Source: an uncultured Acidobacteriota bacterium
Lineage (GTDB): Bacteria; Acidobacteriota; UBA6911
Direction of reading: 5' to 3'
DNA: 64,000 bases
Assembly: GCA_963809485.1 (NCBI GenBank)
Contig: CAWEJX010000020.1
Coordinates: forward strand, 64,001 to 128,000
The notes beneath the pieces were generated by a model. The model saw only the letters and a program-made list of their open reading frames with translations. It ran no database searches and was not told the origin of the DNA. Position numbers and translations under genes: made by a program. Below are positions 30,301-38,563 of this stretch, piece by piece (position 1 is the stretch's first letter; every line of letters starts with the position of its first letter).

Positions 30301-32757
30301 TCTGAGCAGTGAAGCCCTAATTGTCGAGTCCTTAGTTCCATACTGCCCCTTTAAAACCAGCAATGCCTTATTTGCAAATAACTCCACTTTTGCAGCATTC
30401 CCATCGTGACGATAGGAGACGGCCAATTGGAGTAGAAGGTTGGATTGCGTTGTGCTAGAAATCCGCCCAATTCTACTCAGGCTTCGCGTTATAAGCCTGG
30501 TTGCCTTCCTAGCCGATCCAAGGGCACAATAGCTCTCTGCAGCATTAATCGTAATTTCAGACAATACATCAGGAGGGTAGTTATTTCTCGTAGCCAAGAC
30601 ATACTCATAAAACAAAAGCGCACTATCATATGAATGATCGTTTTTGCATTCTGCAGCAGCATTGAGGGCATATTCAGTTGCCTTTTCGCGATGTTCACCC
30701 TGCATATAATGTACGGCCAATTCTTGGAGGTGGCCTTCTGGACCATACTCCTGTTCAAGCACCTCGGCGATTTTGCGATGCATCCTCCGTCGCATCGGCT
30801 TTGGCAGACTGCCACGGATCACTTCCGCAATCAGTGCATGGCGAAATTCCACGGTTTCATCTGATTCCTTAGCCTCCACACGCACCATCTGGCGATGGCT
30901 CAGTTCCTGCAACGCCTCGTTCGTTTCAGCCGAGCTTTTGGACATGACTGAAATCAGCGTTCCTTTGGAAACAGCCCGCTCCATTAAAGCCAGCCAGCGA
31001 GACAGCTCCTGGGCAAGTGAGGACAACTGGTGCAGACGACGCTGAAGAACCGCACTCAAGCTGGCCGGGACATCGAGGTTTTTCAAATCCTCATTGATAA
31101 ATATCCACGCACCCGACTCACAGCGGAGCAATTCCTGCTCAACCAGGTGCTTCATCATTTCTTCCAGAAAAAACGGATTGCCCCCAATATTTCTATACAT
31201 CCAGGATCCCAAGGTCACCCTTAGATTCCGATCTCCCGTCATTGCGGCAACCAAGTCCTGAACGTGATCCTGAGATAACGGTTCCAGCGTTACGACTTCC
31301 CCGCGCTGTTGCCGCACAACAAGCTCCATGAGCTTACCCAGCATTGCCTTGGGCTCCTCCCCGGTACGCAGGCTGACACACAGAAGAACCGCATGAGCCT
31401 GTATATCCGAACTCAGGTAATCCAGAACTGTGCAGGTGGCTTCGTCCGCCATGTTAAAGTCATCCAATAACAGCAGGGTTGGATGCTCTTTAAGACGCCG
31501 GACCAGTTCCCGGGTCAGCAAGTCCCGGAATTGCCCGGCCGCAAACTCAGAGGAAGACTCAAACGCGCCCGAATCCGGCACCCGGGGTGAATTCCCAAAA
31601 TCAAATAGCGCTTCTCCCTCCGCCGGCTCGGTTCGGGCCAATATCTGGCGGAAGGGTGCGTACGATCCATCCTCGCGCGTCCCACAAGTCCCCTCAATAA
31701 CCCTCCATCCTTCCAGAAGTGCCCAGCTTCTTAGTTCCTCCATGCACCTTGTCTTCCCGGATCCGGCTTCTCCTGTCAGGAATACTGTCCACCCCCGGCG
31801 GTTTCCCCGCACTCTATCAGCGCAATCCTGCAGGATCGTCATTTCTTTTTCCCGGCCGACAAACCGGGTGATGGAAAAATGACTTTCCAGTTCTTTCACG
31901 TCCATCGCCAAACAGTCTTTGCCGATGGCCTCGCCCAGCGGCCGCAACACTTCTTCCCTGGAATGAGGCCGTTTTGAAGGATCTTTGTCCAAAAGTCTGC
32001 TAAGCAGATGGGATAGCGCCGCACCCCCGCTCAGACGCTCAATCGGGCGCAAATCGAAACTACCCTGCAGGTGTTTCTGGATCAGGAAACCGGGATCCTC
32101 ATCTCCAAAAGGAAGGCGTCGGGTCAGCAACTGATAGATCAAAACCCCCAAAGAATACAGATCCGATTCGGCGTTCGCTTTTCCGCCCAGCAGGATCTCC
32201 GGCGCCGTATATAGCGGGATCGCATTAATATTCCCCTGCGGGGTCTTCCGGATCCATTGTCCGAGGCCGAAACCCATGAGTTTCAACCGCTCATCTTCGT
32301 GCTCATGTTCCCGCAAAATGGTATTGGAGGATTTAAGATTCCCGTGCACGATTTCCTGCGAATGCAGGTAAAGAATTGCTTTGGACAGAGACACGATCAG
32401 CTTTAGCTGTTCCTCGATATCCATCCCTTCCGAGGCGGAATAGATATCCTTCCCGGCAACAAACTCCTCTGCCAGAAATACTCTCCCCGTATCTTTGAGA
32501 ATCCCGAAATCCAAAAGCCGAACAAAGCTTGGATGACTGAACCTGCGCAAAAAGGAGAATTCCGCGCTCAGAACACTGAGCGGTCCCGAATCCGTGTCGA
32601 TTCCATGCAAAATCTTTATCGCGACCCGAGCTTTCCCTCCGCCAAGATCCCGGCATCTGTAAACTTCCCCGGTATTGCCCGCTCCCAAAAATTCTTCCAC
32701 CTGATAGCGTTCCGCGATCACCTGCGCATCCCTGAGCCGTTTGTGCGCCGTCTTCAT
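27373..32757 (-). CDS. Ser/Thr (pseudo)kinase - P-loop NTPase - TPR - GAF - sigma54 enhancer-binding protein, 1794 aa
   Basis: Kinase fold (LGAGNTGEVY, VAIK, YTAPE, DLYSLG); FVGRE, GEAGSGKT, GGNPFFLEE; helical TPR-like region; GAF (PLKVSGRVLGVLYAD); GESGTGKE, GAFTGA, FLDEI, PGNVREL. Confidence 0.93.
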   Translation of the reverse strand: MKTAHKRLRDAQVIAERYQVEEFLGAGNTGEVYRCRDLGGGKARVAIKILHGIDTDSGPLSVLSAEFSFLRRFSHPSFVRLLDFGILKDTGRVFLAEEFVAGKDIYSASEGMDIEEQLKLIVSLSKAILYLHSQEIVHGNLKSSNTILREHEHEDERLKLMGFGLGQWIRKTPQGNINAIPLYTAPEILLGGKANAESDLYSLGVLIYQLLTRRLPFGDEDPGFLIQKHLQGSFDLRPIERLSGGAALSHLLSRLLDKDPSKRPHSREEVLRPLGEAIGKDCLAMDVKELESHFSITRFVGREKEMTILQDCADRVRGNRRGWTVFLTGEAGSGKTRCMEELRSWALLEGWRVIEGTCGTREDGSYAPFRQILARTEPAEGEALFDFGNSPRVPDSGAFESSSEFAAGQFRDLLTRELVRRLKEHPTLLLLDDFNMADEATCTVLDYLSSDIQAHAVLLCVSLRTGEEPKAMLGKLMELVVRQQRGEVVTLEPLSQDHVQDLVAAMTGDRNLRVTLGSWMYRNIGGNPFFLEEMMKHLVEQELLRCESGAWIFINEDLKNLDVPASLSAVLQRRLHQLSSLAQELSRWLALMERAVSKGTLISVMSKSSAETNEALQELSHRQMVRVEAKESDETVEFRHALIAEVIRGSLPKPMRRRMHRKIAEVLEQEYGPEGHLQELAVHYMQGEHREKATEYALNAAAECKNDHSYDSALLFYEYVLATRNNYPPDVLSEITINAAESYCALGSARKATRLITRSLSRIGRISSTTQSNLLLQLAVSYRHDGNAAKVELFANKALLVLKGQYGTKDSTIRASLLRHLAYCQLIKSHPRQGLLLLNRALRAMSREKASVAVGQIYALVSALQRVACDLDSAVSAAKKSVDILAQYEDFGALGVAHSHYGACLLARGRFAKALEHHERAVKISEECRSIPLRSQALSNYAECLCRDGQLAEAKAASERAVRFSIESGNPILQHSCQATLADIKITTGDYQGANDILCKLDFEISPFVAIFSKAQASYLSAWLNFELGDFDLSLAYVTQLAKLETSEAPVYERELGEAIRACILFQRAREADAIRLLSNLNKAVTIKHWPYQSCLIKLYLGECLTASGDLQGASRVIRNAMRLARAMNSNLLMAKAHLILGGLNFRKLKLNSDNSITDAKNEVEIAIRLSRDCGDFELQWRSHAEMSRIEEILSNWESCLYHSSKTIECLQIIAEKVPKAKLESFWAAFARRHTMSECEKRNESLQNKRRIFSSSAVDDIQEQQIRTLLRVSRVINSIRELDPLLESIVDLLIEAVGIERALVFIKNESTGNLELFKGRNIKRESLDGAHAISQDILEEVSRKGSPFVSADAQGDPRVANKEHIVAFQLGTILCAPLKVSGRVLGVLYADHSSPARSLSESTISLFAAFCNLAAIAIDNALAHQQLIREKTELEQYLHQAREGYAEIIGESIAVKELRRRIGRAADSPLDILITGESGTGKELVARAIYRTGRRKSGRFVPVDCGSLSDSLAEAELFGYRKGAFTGATENRQGLLEAANGGVIFLDEIANLPLRLQAKLLRVLQEREIRRLGETAPRKIDIQVLAATNKDLIKEMRIGTFRKDFYYRLKAMEIQVPTLRERQDDIPILLAWALSKTAEMEGGRVKRFSPSAINVLKKYSYPGNVRELIKIVEGAYFSTTDSILDVNHLPLDVRNAMPREANLELETAEGLFNDILDKRGSFADLVKKPFSSHQLGPSVVRAVLHKALKQAKGNYREAFEILGIPARQYSSIMLFLKRNNCYLEYRQFRSSRAN

Positions 32758-33143
32758 ACCCGCTCCACTGAGAAAGCCTCGCTGTTCGATGCCGGATTTC
32801 TCAATAAATGCTTCTGCCCCGAAAAATCATTCTGCAGCCCTGATGTCCCAAGCCCACTGGTTGTAGCGGCTGTGAAAAAGCGGATTTGGCAACTGCCCCG
32901 CCCACCCCATTGTCCCCGGTCCCGCATCCCTGAAGGACCTTCCTCTGCTGCGGCGCGCCCTGAAATGCCGGCAGGGTTGCGACGCCTCACGCCGAAGGTT
33001 CCCGAGGAACAGCGGCAGCCTTTTAGAAAGCTTGAATCCTATTGTAAACCATATAGCCTGCGACATTTAAAGTCATTCGGATTCATCCCGCCGCAATGCT
33101 CGAATTTCTTGACAGCACGGCAGAATTCGATAAAACTGCCCGC

Positions 33144-34898
33144 ATGCTCTTCCTACTGCGAAAATATTTGCTTTCTTGCCTTTTTCTAGCGGCGATTTTA
33201 CCGAATACACCTTTTGCGCAGGAGGCGGGAAAAACCGATTTCCTCCAGCTTAAAAATCTAAACGGTGTCCGGGGAGGAAACCTTGTTGCCGCCGTCTCCA
33301 CCGACCCTTCAAATTTCAACCGGATGCTAACATCGGGCCTGGCAAACACTGCCATCACGGAGCGGTTGTCCGCGGACCTTGTGCACATCAACAGAGGCAA
33401 CATGCAACTGGAGCCCTCCCTGGCTGCGCGGTGGGAAGCAGATAAAACGGGCGGAATTTATACGCTTCACTTGCGCCGTGGCGTCCGTTTTTCCGACGGC
33501 AGCCCGTTTACCGCAGATGACGTCGTTTTCACTTTTCAAGTGCTGACCGATCCCGGCACCCAGAGCTCCATGTCCGGCCAGCTTGAAACCGACGGCACGT
33601 TCCCCGCTGTAGCCAAAATCGACGAGTATACCGTTCGCGTCGCGTTCCAGCGTCCGGTGGGAATGGGGCTTCGAATGCTCGACTCGGTGCCCATACTGCC
33701 GAAGAATCGATTATATAAAGCCTATAAAGAGGGCAATTTCGGCTCAGTGTGGGGGCCGTCAGTCGCGCCAAGAGACGTTGTGGGCCTTGGGCCCTTTCGT
33801 CTGAAGGAATATCAGCGAGGAGTGAGTGTCACTCTTGAAAGGAATCCATTCTACTGGAAAAAGGATCGCTCCGGGCAGGCCTTGCCTTACCTGGATGCGA
33901 TTACGTTTTTGATCATTCCCGATCTCAATTCCGAGGCGCTTCGTTTTCAGCAAGGCGAGCTGGATCTTGTAAGCTCCCTGAATCCCGAAAACTACGCGAT
34001 GCTTCGGCGGACACGGCGCGCCTACACATTGCGAGATCTGGGTCCCGGCCTGGCCATGGATTTTGTCTGGTTTAACCTCAACCGGGGCAAGAACAGCCAG
34101 GGCAAATCCTATGTGGATCCCGACAAGCTGGCGCTATTTGAAAAGGCTGAATTCCGCCGGGCAGTTTCCTACGCGCTGGACCGAAAGGGGATGGCGCGCT
34201 CGATTCTGCTGGGACTGGGCTCCCCTCAATATGGGCCCGTCAGCTCTGGGAACACCGTCTGGTATCACGGTGGAATTCTCCAGACCGCTAATGATCCAGC
34301 CCGTGCCCGGGAATTGCTGGCCAGGATCGGCCTGAAGGATTCCGACCGCGACGGGATTGTCGAATATGGCAGCCGAAGGCGTCCCCTGGAGATCAGCATA
34401 TTCACTTCCCGGGGAAACAGCGTGCGCGAGAAAACCGCACAGGTCATTCAGGACAACCTGTCCAAAATAGGGATCCGCACGGGGATCCAGCATTTGCTGC
34501 CCAACGAAATCGCCTCCCGTTTTCTTAGCTCCTTTGAGTATGAAGCCATCCTGTTCGGATTCACGCCAACAGACGTCGCTCCGGACCTGCAAACCGACCT
34601 CTGGTTCAGCAGCGGCAAGATTCATTTCTGGTGTCCGAATCAGAAAAAACCCGCGCGCGCGTGGGAAGCGGCGATTGACGACCTGATTTCCAAGCTTGTG
34701 CGAAGCATCGATCCCGCCGCCAGGAAAGCCGGCTTCAACAGGGTTCAGGAGATTTGGGCAGAAGAGATGCCGGCCATTCCGACAATCGCACCCAATATTC
34801 TTGTGGGATGGAGCGAGAAGTTGGGCAATATGCACCCCTCCATTCTGGCGCCCCACCTCATCTGGAATGCTGAGGAGATCACAAAGAGGAAACCCTGA
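33144..34898 (+). CDS. Peptide/nickel ABC transporter substrate-binding protein (family 5, OppA/DppA-like)
   Basis: Signal peptide; LRRGVRFSDGSPFTADDVVFT, GLGPF, LERNPFYW, FRRAVSYALDR. Confidence 0.92.
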   Translation: MLFLLRKYLLSCLFLAAILPNTPFAQEAGKTDFLQLKNLNGVRGGNLVAAVSTDPSNFNRMLTSGLANTAITERLSADLVHINRGNMQLEPSLAARWEADKTGGIYTLHLRRGVRFSDGSPFTADDVVFTFQVLTDPGTQSSMSGQLETDGTFPAVAKIDEYTVRVAFQRPVGMGLRMLDSVPILPKNRLYKAYKEGNFGSVWGPSVAPRDVVGLGPFRLKEYQRGVSVTLERNPFYWKKDRSGQALPYLDAITFLIIPDLNSEALRFQQGELDLVSSLNPENYAMLRRTRRAYTLRDLGPGLAMDFVWFNLNRGKNSQGKSYVDPDKLALFEKAEFRRAVSYALDRKGMARSILLGLGSPQYGPVSSGNTVWYHGGILQTANDPARARELLARIGLKDSDRDGIVEYGSRRRPLEISIFTSRGNSVREKTAQVIQDNLSKIGIRTGIQHLLPNEIASRFLSSFEYEAILFGFTPTDVAPDLQTDLWFSSGKIHFWCPNQKKPARAWEAAIDDLISKLVRSIDPAARKAGFNRVQEIWAEEMPAIPTIAPNILVGWSEKLGNMHPSILAPHLIWNAEEITKRKP

Positions 34899-35003
34899 CC
34901 CGGGAGCCCGACTGAGCATCGCGGAAAGCTCGTCACAAGGACCTGATCGTCGGTTTCGCGGCCCGATCCCCGATCAGAGACGGCAGCAACCCGATTGTTT
35001 AAT

Positions 35004-35993
35004 ATGCGAACGATTGTGTTTATCCTCAAACATGCTTTGCGCCTGATTCTACTTGCTCTCGTTGTCGCCTTTGTGACATTCTGGCTCTCCTCAATAATTC
35101 CTGGCGACTTTTTCAGCACCCATCTTATGGAATCCGGGATGCGGGCTGAAACAGTGGAGCAGCTCCGCGATAAGTATGGCCTGAACCAGCCTGCATATAT
35201 TCAATACTCGCGCTGGCTGTTCGACCTGCTTCGACTGGACCTCGGGTATTCGCTCTTTTATCAGCGGCCGGTTACATCCATTGTGGCCGATGCACTTGGG
35301 AAGACCTTGTGGATTGGGATTCCCGCATTAGTATTCGGATTTTGCGGAGGAACCATTCTGGGGGCGCTTCATAAAGTAGCCGAACGCCGCCTGTTGGGAC
35401 GCTGCCTGGATTTTCTTTCCACCGTGGCACTATCCCTGCCGTCTCTTCTGCTGGGATTAATGGCCCTGCTTTTTGCGGTGCATACAAACTGGTTCCCGCT
35501 GGGAGGCATGAGTTCGCTCGACAGCCAAAATGCCGGATTTCTGCAATGGCTGGCCGACCGAATCCATCACCTTGTCCTGCCTGTGGCATGCCTCACTCTT
35601 CCTATTCTGGCATCGGTGGAACGCATCCAATATGCCGCCACTCGCGGTCATGCGAAAGATCCGTATCTGCGGTTCGCCCAGTCCCGTGGATTGGGGCGTC
35701 TTCGCTTTTTTGCTCACTACGTACTTCGCCCCGGGCTCAATCCGGTTCTATCGATCTCAGGACCCATGATCGGAGGCGTCCTCAGCGGCAGCCTCGTTCT
35801 GGAAGTGATTTTCGCCTGGCCCGGCCTGGGCCAGATCACCTATGATGCCCTATTCAACAACGACCTCTTTCTTTTGGCCGGATGCATCGTGGGCAGCAGT
35901 GTGCTTCTGATCGTGGGAAATCTGCTGGCCGATCTTGCTCTGGTTTGGTTGGATCCCCGGACACGATCGCTTGTCCGGAAAGGCCTCAGATGA
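35004..35993 (+). CDS. Peptide ABC transporter permease (OppB/DppB-like)
   Basis: PGD, YGLNQP, DLGYS, HLVLP, EVIFAWPGLG, DPR. Confidence 0.92.
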   Translation: MRTIVFILKHALRLILLALVVAFVTFWLSSIIPGDFFSTHLMESGMRAETVEQLRDKYGLNQPAYIQYSRWLFDLLRLDLGYSLFYQRPVTSIVADALGKTLWIGIPALVFGFCGGTILGALHKVAERRLLGRCLDFLSTVALSLPSLLLGLMALLFAVHTNWFPLGGMSSLDSQNAGFLQWLADRIHHLVLPVACLTLPILASVERIQYAATRGHAKDPYLRFAQSRGLGRLRFFAHYVLRPGLNPVLSISGPMIGGVLSGSLVLEVIFAWPGLGQITYDALFNNDLFLLAGCIVGSSVLLIVGNLLADLALVWLDPRTRSLVRKGLR

Positions 35994-37030
35994 AAAAAAA
36001 CAGGAGAATTCCCATTGCAGCAACCTTTGCCGGACTGCTGGTACTTGCCGCATTGTTTGCCGACTTTCTGTCGCCGAATCCTCCTGACATGCAGAACCTC
36101 GATCAATTCTTCCATCCTCCGTCGCGTGTCCATATCTTCGACCGCAGAGGCGGGGTGAAACTCAGGCCCTTTATATATAAAACCGAGTTGACAGATCCCC
36201 TCAACGTCACCTATCGGGAAAACACGGAAGCCACGTTTGCCCTGGAATTTTTTTTCAGGGGCTACCCCTACAGGCTTCTGGGGCTGATTCCGTTGGACCG
36301 TCATCTTGTGGGCAGAAGCGGGCAGCCGCACTATTACCCTTTGGGCACGGACGAACTGGGCCGTGACGTTACGGCTCGCGTTCTCGCGGGCACACGCACT
36401 TCCCTGCTGGTCGTTGTGCTGGGCATGGCCATTTACGCAGCTCTGGGTTTGACCATCGGCGCATCCGCCGGTTTGTTCGGAGGCTGGATGGATGCTCTGC
36501 TGATGCGCTTTTCGGAGTTTGTCTTAGCTCTTCCTGCACTCTATCTGGCTTTGGCTCTCAGAGCACTAATGCCCCTGCGCATACCGTTCTGGCAGACTCT
36601 GCTTTTGACGGTCGGAACAATCGCGTCGGTTGCATGGCCGCCGATGGCCCGGGGGATCCGGGGACTTATATTGCAGCTGAAAAACTCGATGCATATCGAG
36701 GCCGCGAGGTCGCTGGGAAGCACGCCCATGCAAATTTTCCGCCGGCACATGCTTCCGGCACTGCTGCCTTACGCTTTGACCCAAACGGCAGTGGCCGCCC
36801 CTGTGTTTTTGTTGGGTGAGGCGGTGCTATCCTTCCTGAATGTAGGATTCCGAGACTCGGGAGAATCGTGGGGCAGCATGCTGCGCAGCCTAAAAGACAT
36901 CAGAGTCATCACGGACTTCTGGTGGAATCTGCTGCCTTTGTTTATGGTCTTTCTTACGCTGCTATGCCTGAATGTATTCAGCATCAGACTGGGGCGCAGG
37001 GAACCGGACAGTCAGATCATGCGTATATAG
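35990..37030 (+). CDS. Peptide ABC transporter permease (OppC/DppC-like)
   Basis: LGTDELGRD, EAARSLG, RHMLP, LSFL, SWGSML; ATGA overlap with the previous gene. Confidence 0.92.
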   Translation: MKKNRRIPIAATFAGLLVLAALFADFLSPNPPDMQNLDQFFHPPSRVHIFDRRGGVKLRPFIYKTELTDPLNVTYRENTEATFALEFFFRGYPYRLLGLIPLDRHLVGRSGQPHYYPLGTDELGRDVTARVLAGTRTSLLVVVLGMAIYAALGLTIGASAGLFGGWMDALLMRFSEFVLALPALYLALALRALMPLRIPFWQTLLLTVGTIASVAWPPMARGIRGLILQLKNSMHIEAARSLGSTPMQIFRRHMLPALLPYALTQTAVAAPVFLLGEAVLSFLNVGFRDSGESWGSMLRSLKDIRVITDFWWNLLPLFMVFLTLLCLNVFSIRLGRREPDSQIMRI

Positions 37031-37136
37031 ATACAACAGAATCAGGTCCCTAGAATCCCCGGGAACCCGGCCGATGCATGGCCAATTCAGTCGGATTCTG
37101 AGGACCTGATCCCATTTGTACTCAAGGCAGCGGACC

Positions 37137-37436
37137 TTACTTCTTGGGGGGAACCACCGCATCCTTGAACGCTTTGGCAACACGAAATTTCACGACCGTC
37201 TTTGCTGGAATCTTTATGGCCACACCGGTCTGTGGATTCCGCCCCATGCGAGCTTTACGTTGAGATTTCACGGTCTTCCCGACACCGGGGATAATGAACT
37301 GACCGTTCTTCTTGGTCTCGGCGATCGCGGTCCCGGAGATGATCTCGAGTATCGCATTGGCCGTTGCCTTTGTAATGCTTGCTTTTTCTGCTACCAGGGA
37401 AACCAACTGAGCTTTAGTCATCACTTTACCAGCCAT
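37137..37436 (-). CDS. hup: HU family DNA-binding protein
   Basis: MTKAQL, RKARMGRNPQTG, KIPAKTVVKF. Confidence 0.95.
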   Translation of the reverse strand: MAGKVMTKAQLVSLVAEKASITKATANAILEIISGTAIAETKKNGQFIIPGVGKTVKSQRKARMGRNPQTGVAIKIPAKTVVKFRVAKAFKDAVVPPKK

Positions 37437-37729
37437 TCAACTCCTCCCGTAAAAATATTGTTTGGATCTTCCGGAATACAGCAAACAAGCTAGATTCATT
37501 TTCCGGATATTCTGATAAAAAGCAATAAAGTTTTTTAAAAAAGCCGCTATTTATCGATATATGCGAAGATTTTGCCCCTCGGAACGGCATTTTTACTATA
37601 TTTCGACGATTTGCGCGGATGGAAACGCAGTTTTGCCGGCAAAAAAGGCCGCGCCAAAATTTCGCATCCTGCATCCGCAAAATCGATTCGGGGGCTTGAT
37701 CCGGGCCCATCCCGCGGATGATGAGTTTC

Positions 37730-38320
37730 TCAGGATTTGTAAAAAGGATTGCGGCCGGCGGCGTGGTCGGTTGTGTCCAGGATTTCGCCAACTTCCGGGA
37801 TTCTCTCGCGGATCACTCTCTCGACTCCCATCTTCATGGTCAATTTCGCCGACCCGCAACCCTGACAGCCGCCGCCCAGTTTCAGATAAACCGAGTTCTT
37901 TCTCACGTCAATGAGTTCCACCCAGCCGCCATGCATACCCAGAGCAGGATTGATTTCCCCGTCCAGAAGGTTTTGCACCTTCATTCTGATTTCGGCCTCC
38001 GGAGGCATCGCGGTGTCGTATTGCTCGCTGACCGCCGGCTCGCCCGACTGCATGTGTTCGCGAATTTTTGCCCCGATCTGTTTGCCGATGAGGGGCCATG
38101 CGTCGAATCCGGATTTGGTGACGGTGATCTGGTTGTCGGCAATCAGAATGTTCTCGACCTCGGCAATCTCAAAAATCCTCTGTGCCAGAGCAGATTCCTT
38201 GGCCGCTTCCCGATTTCCGAAATACGCCGAACCTCCGGGATACACCGGCCGGTCAACCGTGAATTTGCAGGTGGCCGGATTAACGGCAGGTTCCCCCTTT
38301 ATGCTTATCTCATTATCCAC
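37730..38320 (-). CDS. NifU/NfuA-type Fe-S cluster carrier
   Basis: Nfu N-terminal domain plus INPALGMHGG and GGCQGC; GTG start with RBS AAAGGAG. Confidence 0.9.
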   Translation of the reverse strand: MDNEISIKGEPAVNPATCKFTVDRPVYPGGSAYFGNREAAKESALAQRIFEIAEVENILIADNQITVTKSGFDAWPLIGKQIGAKIREHMQSGEPAVSEQYDTAMPPEAEIRMKVQNLLDGEINPALGMHGGWVELIDVRKNSVYLKLGGGCQGCGSAKLTMKMGVERVIRERIPEVGEILDTTDHAAGRNPFYKS

Positions 38321-38563
38321 AGCGTTCTCCTTTGTATAACTAATCCACAAAATCACGTTAGCTGACAACAGGCACTGATGTCAACGGCCGTGCAACTGCC
38401 AACTCCCCATGTCGGGCGATGCCGTGGGGCCTGATCGCGAAATTGCCCCCGGCCGGAATTTTGAGAAATGCAAATTGTACCTTAATAAGATCCATATTCC
38501 GGCAATTCTGCTATGATCCACCGCTGAAGCGACAATCGGATTTTGGAAAGGTAACCGGGTACC

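Noticed and set aside
23960-30720. Low-GC region as a prophage or integrative island
   Set aside because: No integrase, att repeats, tRNA or phage genes, and one boundary lies within an intact ORF.
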